Of a stretch of 64,000 nucleotides of DNA, positions 27,005-40,700 are shown in pieces (positions within the stretch are counted from its first letter, which is position 1; every line of letters starts with the position of its first letter). A model generated the notes under the pieces. It made no database searches, was not told the DNA's origin, and saw only the letters and a list, made by a program, of their open reading frames with translations. The translations under genes and the position numbers were made by a program. Source of the stretch: Saccostrea echinata (taxonomy: Eukaryota); contig NW_026889800.1 of the NCBI RefSeq assembly GCF_033153115.1, forward strand, positions 5,828,001-5,892,000, written 5' to 3'.

Positions 27005-28466
27005 TTTAATCAAATGGCCATAAACTAATTGTTTAGTCATCGACATTATCTCCCAATGATGTCGTAAGTGTCGATATGTTCAACTTATTCAATTTATATA
27101 TAAAAATATAAAAAGATCCTTTCATAGGTTTAAAACTATAGTACGCAAATATTTGTCATAAATCAGTCCCAAATATTAATAATAGCAATGAGGTATCATT
27201 TCTAAACATTTACCTGTATGAAACGATACGAATTGGTTCGTGTTCAAAACTAATATAAAGCCCAAAGGGCTACATCGTAGATTTGATCACGTGACCAAAT
27301 TGTTTTTACATCCCGATTAATTTTAAACATGATCAATAATATTTGTTATTAATCAGTCGCAAGTAATAAAGTATCATCTTAAAATATTTATCAGGATGTA
27401 AATACGGGTTGGTACGTGATCAAACCTACCATAAAGACCGAAGGGTTCATATTTGCATCTCGATTAAAGCTTAAAAATAATACCTTGTTTCTTAATTGCA
27501 AATGTTTTTCCTTATATATCATTATTTGAACAAGGCGTATTTTTAAGCTTGTATATAAAAAGGTTCATCTCATGACCATTAATTTCATTGTAAAGTATTA
27601 CAAAGATCTACGCAATTTCTAAGTAACGTCATCAGTGGTCAACATAATTAAAACATTCAATTTATACCGATAATGTTTTTCAAGAAATGTTAATCATTTC
27701 ATGGGGTTAAATTTTAGGTAATTATATTTGTTATAAATCAGTCACAAATGTAAATTTAAGGAATGAGACATCATTTTAAAACAGCAATGTAAATACGGAT
27801 TTGTCTCTTGATCAAATCAATTCTGTTTTTTTTAACTTGAGAACGTGACCAACTTGTATTTATAATTCTCAATAAAAGTTTAAAAATATCTCATTTATCA
27901 AATAATGTGCAATGTTCACGTTAGTTTCATCTTTCTCTATTTCCACAATTCATCAGCAAAATGATGAAAGACTTTAGTAGATATTAAATTGTAACTAAAC
28001 GATGTTTCTTCACAACTTATATAGTTTCTTTTATTAAATTTGCATTGAAAAGAAAGCAAATTACTAGTATTATATCAATATGCTGCATGATGATTTTTTT
28101 CTGAGAATTTTGAACCGACTTATAAAGAATGTGGCAAATTCATGAAGCTGCCTATGAACCAAAAATTATAATTCTGACTTTTATTCCATCATCAACATCA
28201 CCTCCTACGTAAATTGATACAAATGTGTGCTAAAACAGACTTGGAGATAAGCTTCAGCACTAGAGCGTGACATTTTACAGTTTAATTAAAAGAGATAAAT
28301 AAACGGCATTGTTCTCATTTTATAACATTTCAAGCTTCATATATGGAAAGCCAATCTATGTTATATTTAATTAGAATTTCACCCTGAAGAACAGTGTAAC
28401 ATTGATTATCACTTAGTATTTCCCCTCATGCTTTGACAAAACTCTGCAATGTACATGTGTACACTT

Positions 28467-28718
28467 TCATCCGTCTGTTTCAGGAGTAACAGGTATTGTC
28501 TCTGTTACGTCATATAGATTGTCACACAGCTGTGTTTCTTTATCATGCAGGTGGTTGTACATGTATACGCCCTCAGAGGAGGCTTGACCCCTGAAGGTGG
28601 ACAGTGGTTCCGTGACATCATACATGTTTTCTGTTGACTGTTCCTCAGTGTGGTGAGTTGTATCGTATATATCCCCTGTGGTACTGCAATCATTGCGATT
28701 TGGAGAGATTTGATTTTC
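28467..28718 (-). CDS. Terminal cytoplasmic exon of receptor copy B with repeated tyrosine motifs
   Basis: aatttcag|GAA...TGA, 83 aa, open; contains DIYDTT, NMYDVT, GVYMYNHL and NLYDVT. Confidence 0.75.
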   Translation of the reverse strand, partial: ENQISPNRNDCSTTGDIYDTTHHTEEQSTENMYDVTEPLSTFRGQASSEGVYMYNHLHDKETQLCDNLYDVTETIPVTPETDG

Positions 28719-31700
28719 CTGAAATTAAGTAAATAACATATAAAACTACATGAAATTTGACGGTTTTCATAGGGTCATAGATAGCAATTCAATTCTTTTA
28801 AGAAAAACAACATATAAGCTATAAAATTATTTCTTTGGTTGTTATTATGAGAATTAATGTTGCAGCTGTGGCAGAAAAAATACATAATTTAAATCGCGTC
28901 AGATAGTTATGTAATTTTCTTCTGCAATAGCTGCAAAGTTAATTTTCATACTAACAAACAAAGAAACTTACAACATTTAATGGTTTATGTTTATGTCTAT
29001 AAATAGTCATATGAAGTAGGATCACATACGTTAAATATTGTATTATTTATAGGTACAACATTGTATGTTGTATTGATGGAAGAGCCACTATCCACGAAAT
29101 CTACATAGATGGCTCGCTTATCGACGTTAAAGTATTGATAAATGACCGTTCGTGGTTTTCCTAAGAAATAAAGGAGATGATATTCCGAGAATATTAATAT
29201 TTTCTTTTCTTTTCTTCCAATTGTTTTAAGCTTACCACTATATCTCTGAAATTGCCAGGAACAGCATACGTGTAATGATTATGGTCCTCTGGTACATTGT
29301 CAGCTGTATGAATATCTAGTCTAAATCAAGGAAACAAAGTACAAGTTATAATACAGTATTTCAGAATATTTATTTTATCAGTATATCCATATATAAATCT
29401 ATTTAAAAATACCTTTCGTTTTGCGATTTCCATTTTCTTCTACAGACTATGAGGCAAGTTATGGTTGAAATAAATATTACAAAGAGGGAACCACCAGTGC
29501 CGACCAATACTAATAACGGGTTCTTCTTATCTGAAATTTCAGGACAAGCATATTAGGAAAAATCCTTAGAAATATTATATTTACCTGGAGATTGCAACTT
29601 ATAACATAAAAAAAACAGATACAGCAAAATGATGTAACTATGAAGATATGAACTCTATGTAATTTAATTACGAAATATTAATAATTTTAGGGTCCTTTGA
29701 TAGAATTTCCCATACCACTAATCCAAGACAAAGGCATTTTTTCTGAAAATAGATAGTATTACTGGATTACATTTTTTTATTTATATAAAGAATATCTTCA
29801 ACATTTTAACTCACCATGACTAGAACTATCAAACCTTAGTAAGTTAAGAATTTTTTTGAAGTCCCATAATTACTTGCTACACATAAGAATTAGATTATAT
29901 AAGCAACGTAAAGAATGCTAAACTAAATCAACGATAATGACTGAAATCAAATTTTTATTTATTTATTCAAGATCTATTTTTAAATTTTATATTACAGACC
30001 TGAAACACACTCTAAGTTGCCGAGAACAAACCCCATTTCACACAAACATTTCCCATCTACACATCTACTGTTCTCAGTCCCAGTGCATTGTGAGGAATGT
30101 ACACAGGATTGACCAACAGATAAATTTCCTGAGAATGAATATCTTTTAATGTTTTATTTGATTAGAACAAGTACATATTTTTACGAATTGAATAAAGAGC
30201 TTATTATTTGCATGCAAATTTACAATAAATATGTAAAATACATATACAACCTGTAATACAGGTTTCATTCATCACTAAAAATCCGACATCACATATACAA
30301 GTAAGATTTCCTCCGCAGACACCAGCGTGCTTTGTTCCATTACATTGTAGGTCAATTTCACATGTATCATCCATTTTTTTGTCACCTACAAATTCTTGCC
30401 TATCTTCATATAAAAATTAAACCAAAAGAATCCAACGGAAAGAAAAACCCCACAAGCATTCAAATTTATAAGTATTCCTGCATGAAAAGTATAAAGTGTA
30501 CCGATTAAGACCTGAGGAAGGTATTTATATTTCCCGAACGTACAAGACAATTAGAAAATCATTTTTTTCTTGCAATAATGCTTTCCCTTGTAGTATTAAT
30601 TGCATAAAGTAATTTCTAGAAATTGTTTAATACATACAATCATTTTTTCAGATTGTTGTAGAATTCTGGAAACTATTAATATAAGGCACAAGTTAAACGC
30701 AGGCGTCAAATGTCATCGTAAAATATGTACAACAATTTGTTTGGTATGTTTGTTTATGAAAGTCCCTCTCGTTTCAATGTTTAAATACATCTTAGAAATT
30801 AGTTTTTAAAATCCTTTCCTTACAGAGTATGTTACGTTTGTACTCTTATAAATAAAACTATTTCCATGCCCTATGAGATAATACTTGTACCTTGAAAACA
30901 TCTTCCTTCAAATTCAATTTGGCCAATGTTGCAATGACACATCTCAACATCCCCGACCGATGTGCATCTGGTAGCATTTGGTGTGCCTGTGCATTGAACA
31001 TCAAAAATGCAGGACTCAAACATCTTTCTTCCCGCTACAATAATTATTACTGACAAAGTTATTCAAAATCAGTTACAAACAAATGGAAACAAATATTCCG
31101 TGAATATTGCATCAGTAATTCATATCCCCTACCCTATTAGGATGTTATTTTATAAAACCCTGTATTTGATAACTGCAACCCCCCCCCCCCCCACCCAGAT
31201 GTAGACATTTCGGATTTCTTATGTATGAATGAAATGTCTTGGAATGAAGTTTGCTTTACAAAGACGTGTTTTTCTAAAATCACAAAATGTATGAATAAAA
31301 TGACGACTGCTTACGGATGGAAAACGCTACTTTGTTCTTAACTCAAACACCTACAGTGGCATAAAATATGAAGATAACGAACAGTATTCAATCCCAAAAA
31401 TCCAATGAAACGATACAATTTTGGAGCAGAGCAAACACGGACCTCAAAATTTAGAGGTGGGATCAAGTGCCATGGAGGAGTGAGCATCCCCTGCCGACCG
31501 GTCACACCTGCCGTGTGCTCCTTGTCATGATCGGGAAACAAAAACCGGAAAAATCCGTAGACAGTTCAGTGTATAAATAATGGCTGAACTATTAGTATGA
31601 AAAACGTCACAGTCAGCTTTTGACTCAATGATAGGTTGTATGTGCTGACAAGGTCATTGTATCGACCGGAAAACTTGCGAAAAGATGACTTCAAATGAGA

Positions 31701-34700
31701 CTGTTTATATCCCTGTTTCGTCAACTTGTTTGTCAATAGCTTGCCTCGTTTGGGAAATTGTTCAGCTGTCAACAATGTCAGAAAGTCTAGACTTTATATA
31801 GACATGTTATTTATATGGTTCATAAAAAATGCCGACATTGTAAACTGAAGATTTTTACAATGCTCTCTGGTTTGTTTATCCCGAATTTTGAACTAGAGCT
31901 ACAGTTCTACAGTTATAGTTGATACAATGACCTTGATTACAAATACTATCTGCCATGAAGTCTAATGTTGACTTACGTTCTTCATATAAATAGTTAGGCC
32001 ATTATTTTCAACTATTATCGTACTATGTACAGATTTTTTCGTTAACTCTTTCATGACGAGCACATGGCGTGTGTTATCAGTCGACAGGCGATGGTTAATA
32101 TATGAATTTCTTTCAGTCTCACCTTTAACACATTGTTTATTAGCCCTTAAGTATCCATCCTTACATGTACAAGACCGATTTTTACCACATATAACATTAT
32201 CTTCTTTCTCCGCACATTGATTATGTATCTCACATGGATCACCAAAACGGATTTTACCTAAAATAGTTGGAGCATATTTGCATTATAATTAGTTTTTGAC
32301 ATTTAGAATGGAAAAGAAAGTTAACTTAAAATAAACCAATCAGCACGTCAGAAATCTTAATTAACATAAACAATAAATGTACCTTCGATGCATTGCCCGT
32401 TATACTCTATTTTTCCAGGTTTGCAATAACACATTTTAGTTTCCCAAAAAGATGCACAGACGTCAGCAGCTTCTGTTCCATTACATTGAATGTCATATTC
32501 GCAGGATTCGTATAAACGCCTTCCTGCTAAAAATCCAACAATCATATAAATGCTTAGTTATCAAAGATTTACAAAATCTTAAAGGACATAAGTATTCTCT
32601 TTTAGAGAGAAGGATATTTCATTTCTTAAAAATTCATTCCTCATTATAATATACAGTAATCTTCTTTAATTGTCTCTGTTTCCTGAATTTATTTAAAAAG
32701 TTGAGACCATTTGCCCAAATGGGATATAGTAGCCCGTTTGGGGTATAGTATTTCTAATTGGATATACATTTATTGTGCACAAATTAAGTTTTTTGAAAAA
32801 TGAATATTGTAAATTCAAAAAATACACGAAAAGCAACAACCTTTGGTAAACTTGGTAAACATGTTTTTTTGGTATACCCACTGTTTAGGAGACGGATTCT
32901 TTGGTATAGATCTTACTTACCGAAAGTTGTAAGATGTATGTTTATGCAGATTTATAATATTTATAGCGAAAACATCTTTATTTTTTGCACTGTAAAATAT
33001 ATCCCAATCGGGATATTAGATCCCAAACGGGTTATTATGTCCTCTATTGGCGATTGGTGCGATAGTGTTTTAAATCAGGAATAATATAGATTTACAACTT
33101 TTCTGTTACAATATCATGTATGATATAAGTTAATAATTTAATGTTCACAAGTCATTTCCGTTAAGGTTTACAAGAATTAATGTTATAAAAATACTTCAGT
33201 GGCCGCAGCGTTTTTGTTAACAAACCAATTGTGGAGAATCGTTCGTGTAACGTGAGAGATCGTGCGTGAGGTGGCGTCAATCGTTTGCGGTTTTAATCGT
33301 GCGTGATCGTGCGGCAAGACCCGTGCAAAGAGCTAGGTTCACTTTATGCATAAAATGGCCCTGTAGACATACCAATTTATTGACTAACACTTTATGTTCC
33401 ATTTTAAGCATCAAGATAAAGTAGAGACTTAGTGCTTTCATTTCCTATTAAATTTTTTCTTCTTAAAGCCAAGGTCTTGGAAAACAGGCTTCATGGAATT
33501 GCAATGTTCTTGAATTTTAAGTAAAACAAGTATATTTGAGTACTTTCACAGGAGAGAAATAATATGAGCGCAACCTCTGATCTAAAAAATAAACCATGTT
33601 TTGTAATCCTCAGAAATAGTTCTATCATTTAATAGTTGCATATTTTAGATCAGAGGTTGCGCTATATATTAAATATCGAAAAATAGCTTTAAAAATTGGA
33701 TGTTTTGTAGAATTTTTCAGGATATGAGGAAAATGACGCATTTCATGACGTCGTAATGCATTGACTAGCCAGAAAATTACGTCATTTTTGATTGATACGC
33801 AGTCACCAAAAGTCTAAATGATATTTAATGCATTGTCAACTAAAACCAAGCAGTTTCAGTTTTTCTGAAATTCACAGGGTTAAAAAAGGCCCTAAGTGAA
33901 CCTTGTTCTTTCGTTTTGTCAGGAAAGTAAGTTGTAAAACAAACTTTTGTTTGTCTTTCTATACTATTTTTCATGGAAATAAAAGAATTTTTTTTAAAAT
34001 AGGATATAGATATATCATATAATTTTTGTAAAATTTATGAGGTAAGTCATGCAGTCTGTCGGATAATACGCATTTATTGATTTATTTAATGTATTTGATT
34101 GTTGCTTTTGTTTAATTATTTATTCATGCATTTATTTTATTGAATTAAATAAGTCATTTATTTATTTATTCATTCTTTTATTTTGTTTAATACACAAATT
34201 ATGTACGATATTATTAATTTCCTGTAAACGAGCATTTAAGATATTTAAGGACTTTTTTTCCTATTGTTGAATAAATAAAACATATAGCATAAAATGATAG
34301 TCGGGATTACGACATCCTGGATACATTACTTTATTTTCAAAAATTGTGCGAATGTATTAAGGGTTTTTTTTTTGGGGGGGGGGGGGAGGGACCCAGTTGA
34401 TTTTAAAAATGCAAAAAAAAAGTGAAGATATATATTATTCAGATTCTTTTTTTAGTACCAAAATAAACATTCACCAATTAATATTTTAAATCCCTTCCTA
34501 ACCTTAAATTTTGCATCATAGAATCCAAAAGAATTAAAACTCAGGGCCCATTTACTTCAACTGATATAGTCTGCAACAGTGTCAATTATAAATTTCGTTA
34601 TTGAAGCTTGGAAAAAAAAAAAAACAACTCATCTTTAATAGCTAACATTTTAAAAATATCTTCATGCCGCCTTCGGTGAACAGCTATGAAATTACATAAA

Positions 34701-37700
34701 TAGATATTATTAGTCTTAAAAAGGGTAGTAATTAAGTTTTATTTCGTTTCGGATTGTACATTATTAAATATCTTTGACTATTTTGCGTGAAGAGTCGTGC
34801 GTTTTCGTTGGCAATCTTGATCGTTCGTGTAACATGTAGGATCGTGTTCGTGAAGCATCGGTCCTGTAACGGGTTAATCGTGCGTTTATCGTGCGGAATC
34901 GATCGTGTAACGAATCGTTCGTGTATGTTCTCAACGATAACGTTGAAGCCCCTGTAGTATTTAAACATTCAGAAAAGAATTTAGTCAACAATGACTTTGC
35001 CTAAGAACACATGTTTGCACGTGCAGACCTTTTGTTCAATGGACTTTACATTAAAAAAAAACTGATCTGCAGTTTTAAACAGCTGATTTGAGGGAAAATA
35101 TTTTATTTTATTTATAGGGATGGTTTGTTTTTATAGGACGTCATGTTTCCGCCATGTTAATGACCTGTATAAGAAAAAAGTTTATACATCTTTGTGGTTT
35201 TTCATTTGTAAGTGAAGATTTTTTTCTTAAAATTTTCATGAAAATGCATAAAATTCAGAATTTTTACAAATGCCTGTCAAAACAGCAAGTCGAATTTCAC
35301 CATGTCTAATCTCTTACTTGCAAGAAATCCAGATAATATCGTTTTCAAGAATGATCCCCTTTGTCACTACTGAATATTGATTTTTTTTTTGAGAATTATC
35401 CATAAACGTCTTTATTATGTGTTTCGTATTTGTCATATGATAGGGTTTTTAGTATGCAGTATTCTTTTTATCATATCTTTAACATGTTTGATATGTGAGT
35501 CTACTTAAAGTGAGTTAAGAATGTTTCGTGCCTTTTGACCTTTTCTTTTAAATCTAATAGATTGATTTTTTTGGTCACTTTAAAAATAATCAAGTCAACA
35601 TTTTGAGTATATTTCATGTATATTTCAATAAAATAGAATTAATTAACTTTAGAAAGTTACTAAAAACGTTGCTTCCGGTTTATGGATTTTTGCACGCCAG
35701 TCTGATAAGTGTTATGAATATGTATGAGGTATTGTGACGTCATCCATATCGCACAGTGCGGGATCTGTGTATATACTACTAAGTATATGATAAATACTAC
35801 TAAATATATGATTTTATGAGTATATATTTTAAGAAAATGCAAACAAGACAACCAGCTATGCATTTTCTAATTAAAAATTGATCAACCGGTATATTTTACA
35901 ATAAAGAACTATGGGTATCCAGGCATTTGGAGAAAATTGCATGTTTAATATACTTATACGATATTTTTTGTTTTTCTATTTCTTCAATTGATATATAATA
36001 TATAGTGTAAAAAGCTTGTGGTGTCATTTCAAGACATCGCAGATCACTTTTAATATTATGTCATGCTAACAGGCACTGGTATCTAAGGAAATTTTATTTC
36101 TCCAAAAATGTACTTATTTTTTGTACTCTTCTTGGGTATAAATGTCGGTATAAATGTCGACTTAAAACTTCAAATAACCTTAAATCATATAGAGGTGCAT
36201 AAAATAAAATGAAAATTCTTCCACGAAAAGGTTTCAATTCCAATCGTCATTTTGAGACGTCTAATAAAATTAAAAAAATCAAAAGTAATTTTTCCTTTCT
36301 GAAAAGTGGATATCCCAAATATAGAAATTTTGTTATATGCATAGTTTTCAGTACAATGATTGATTTTCAATCTGCATTTACAATGAGTGATAATGGCAGT
36401 ATTCTTAATAGAAGTATGCCATATTCAGTGAAATGCATTTCGATGTATATTAATTTATCTCTTACATTTAATACATCTTCTGTCATGTCAGATAAAGGTT
36501 TCGTCGCAAGCACAGAAGGTTTCAAATTTTTGTTCGTCAAATCGACAAAAATTGGCGTTTTCTGTACCAGTGCATTGCTCATTAATTTTGCATGGTTCAG
36601 ATATTTCCTTCCTGGCTGAAAAATAAATATCAAATTTCCTTATCTTAAAGATCATTTCCAGTGCTGGGCAAAAGTCATTCCACTGTAAAATAATTTACCT
36701 TTATGTATTTTCTTATTATATCTGATTTCAGATACCTTTACGACATCTCAAGGAATCTCTGTCTTCTATGTAGTTAGAAGCACACACACAGACCCCCCTG
36801 TCTCGGACCTTTTTGCAGACACCCACACCTTTTGTTCCATTGCACTGATCATCTACTACACAATCTTCGTACAACATCCTGTTGACTATAACACAGTTTA
36901 TTGAGACATCTCTGAGAATGATTTCTGTCAAACAGCTTCAAATGATTGTGAAACATACGGGATACATTATTGAATGTAATATACCTTGAAGACATTCAGC
37001 ACCATGTCTTAAGAATCCAGAGTTACAGGTGCAGATCCTTTTTCCGTTTTCATAGTTAGATTCACATTGTTGGGCATTCTGTGTTCCAGTGCATTGTTCG
37101 CTTAGCCAACAATTATCTCCTACATTTATTCCGACTATTATAAGAAAATATGCTTCAATAAATAAATATTTACTTTGATTTTTCCTTCAGATATTTTAAT
37201 TTGGAGTTATATATAAGTAAAATCGATTAATACAGTGATAATTTTACTTATGTTTGTATTTGATAGCATTGCGGTTATTCGGAAACATACTTTAAGACAA
37301 TTTTTAGAGATTTGTTTTAGATTTTCTCCCAAACAGGATGGAAATGCACCTTTCAGTCAACTGAATGGTCACTGACAGGTCTGGAAAGGTGGCTGAATGG
37401 CAAAACTCAGTCACTTTTCAGTAGACTTACAGTTTCCTTTCTGTTAACTGTATGACAGAGTTTTATCCTGTGCCAGTTATTTTGTGTTATATATTGCTCA
37501 TATTACATAAAAAAGTGTTAAGATAACGAAACATTGATCTTATTAATCCAATCGAAAACACTGTAAAAGCACTGATTCTTTGGGAACACCAAAACATGAT
37601 CCTTTCATGACAAACCATTGCAAAGTTCCGGCAAATAAAATTAGACTTTACTACAATGTATGTTGGGGATGCATGAGTAAAGTTAATTAGGAGTTAAAAT

Positions 37701-40700
37701 CGTATCAATACAATACAATACAATATCTACATTGCAACTAAAGCTGCACAGATCAATTAAAACTTGATTGTCATATAAAACCTTTCAAACAGGATCCTCC
37801 GAAAATGCCATATCCATCAGGGCAATAACAGAGTTTAACTCCTTCCATAGGTCTGCATTCCCTCGCACCTCTAGATCCTGTGCACTGATCAGAAGACTCA
37901 CATGGTTCATAAAGAGACAGATTCCCTTTGAAACATAGATATTTATATTCAACATATATTTTTGCATCAAAGTTTATTGTAATATTAATAGAACGTTTGC
38001 GTATACAGTACAATATAGAACGTTTACGTATACAGAACAATATAGAACGTTTGCGTATACAGTAAAACGTGCATATAGCAAACACGCTTCTGATGAATTG
38101 ACGCTTACAGAGAAGTTATTTTTATTCCCCGTGACTAAAAAATATAGTGTTAACTTAACAGATATAACGAATTGCATTTATACTGAAGTGATTTCATTCT
38201 TTCCTGGTACATGTACTTCGTTATAAGCGTGTTTTACTGTAAACTAACCCAAAAAGGAATTTGGAACTATTCAAATAGTGTAAAAAATGCTTCTCATTGT
38301 TATTTATGTTTTGATATTTAATTTCAAAACACATTGAATATATATAGGATCCCCCATGATTTGTAGTTGGATATGATTTTTATCGAACGAGTTGTGTGTT
38401 TTTTATCCCCGAGCCTTGGCGAGGTGATAAAAACACACAACGAGTTGGATAAAAGTCATATCCAGCTACAAATCAGGTTAGATTCTTTTTATCCCGTGTT
38501 TTATACTTCACAACCAATGTTTTACACTGTTTTATATAGGACCCCACTTTATTTTACTTCATCACTCTAACGCAAAAACCATTGTGACGTCACAACTGCA
38601 CTTAACTGTGGAATATGAAAAAAATATCCAATAAGTCATATCCACGAGATAAAGGGGTAAACATGGGATAAAAACAGACTTGACCTCTCTTTATACAGAT
38701 AAAATAAACATCATATTTCATTCATATGCATTTTCATAAATAGACTTGAAGGCATATAGTGGAATAAACATATATGGCCTTTGCATCTGATGTGTCTATC
38801 ATGCAACATTTAAGCACTAATAAACACTTACTTTTCAGACATTTTCTACCAATTTGAATGAACTCTGTATCACAGGAACATATACTTTTTGAGATAATTT
38901 CATAAAAGACACACTTTGTTGCATTTTCAGTCCCTGTGCATTGTCGACTGTAATTACATTCCTCGCTTAGGGCGATTCCAACTTAAAACGAGAATAGTAA
39001 ATAACAATCAGTTAAGGTTTCAATACAGTTCATTAAACCATGTAATATCTATTGAGATTAGGCTTGTTTTAATAAAAATACGATTTCATAAGATGTTTAA
39101 AAATTCTTCATTGAAGTCCATATTATTATAACAATTTTTTTCGAGGAATTAAATAGATGAATGATTCGTCAGATAGAATTTCCATTTTGACCCTTAAAAT
39201 TTGGATCAGACAGCATAAAAGTATTTCAGCTATTTTATGGAATTATTGATATATTTTTATTTTATTATGAAACAACTTAATGTCTTAAGGAGAAGCAGGA
39301 CCTTGAGCTGAGAAATATCCCGTCAATCCTTTTTGTTCTTATTTTGCATATTGCTAATTTAGAATGTCCTACATATATTAAAGCAGTTTTTCATCAGATT
39401 TCTTGACTTATTTAGAAGAAATCACCGCACAAATATTGCTCCGTACCGCGACTGTATGAAGTTTTGATTCTTCATGTTTACTGGCCAGTTACTGAGTCCA
39501 TAGAGGGACTTTTTAAGTACAAATATAAACAATATGAATGAGGACTTATATTTCTTCGAATATTTTACAATATTAATTGAATTTAATATTCTTTAATCTT
39601 TAATCAAAATTTTTATTCCACACTGCAAATGGATTGAATAAATTAAGCACTTTTTGAGACTTTAACGACAAAAAATCATTTGTGAAAAAAATGTTCTGTC
39701 AATGAATATTTTGAAATTTACAACTAAAGTGAAGTCTTTTATTTTAAAAGATAGCTGTAGAAATATCGAAAGGTGAAGCTTATCCCAATAATGCACATGA
39801 CGTAGTTAAACACGACGTAATCGTGATAAAAACGCTGTATTTTTATTTTTTCAAAGTACAGGAAAAACCACTATGTCGTCACACAAAAGCCATTACGAGC
39901 GATATAAGATATAAATAAAAAAAAAAATTCTGCTTATTTCCAAACAAAAATTTTGATTCTGTTTTCTCTTTTACTTAATACCTCAATATAGGGTGACAAT
40001 TATCTATTTTGTATAATGAAGTTGACCATAAAATCATGTGTAATTGATGTAGCTACACTTACAGATTGCATATGGCGCCACTGACTTGTTAGACGTGCAG
40101 TGTAGGGGAAACAAAGGATAGATATTGATATGAATTTTAAAACTTTTAAATATTTTCATATAAGATGATAAAGCACAACAATCTGTACAAAAATTACAAC
40201 TACTGGTGATTTTAGTAATGTTTTAGCATCTTTATTAAAAAGGATTATGACGTAGTCAGTTGTGATATGTTTCCTGCATCCCATTAATAATAAATACGAT
40301 CAATCCTGCGAAGATGTCTATTTATATGGAATTGCAATGATAAAAAATAAGAAACCTTTCAAACATTCTTCATTGATCAACTCGAATCCTTCCTTACATT
40401 GGCATCGAAAGTCTTTTCCAGTTTGCACACAGTTGGTGTTCCCGTAGCATAGCGATTGAGAATTACAGGATTCATTGTATTTGCGCTTAGCTGTAATTTG
40501 TTGAAAAATATAAATATCAAATTTAATGCTGAATGGGTATACTTATATCATAAAATGGAAAACGCAAAATATGTATTGAATATAATAACTTACACACTTA
40601 TGAAATAGATACATTTTGCTACAATCAATAACTATTTTTACAGTATGAATTTATATTGATTTTGCCTTGCTTTAAAGCCTATTTTTTTAATGAAATAGTG

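Noticed and set aside
29585-29597. Possible 13-nt micro-exon (aag|TTGCAATCTCCAG|gtaaat) before the TM exon
   Set aside because: It would break the frame; exons 18 and 19 already join in phase.
36488-36490. In-frame TGA in a Cys-rich protein read as selenocysteine
   Set aside because: It aligns to Trp (TGG) in copy A, not Cys. All six module cysteines are present, and I recognise no SECIS downstream of the stop.
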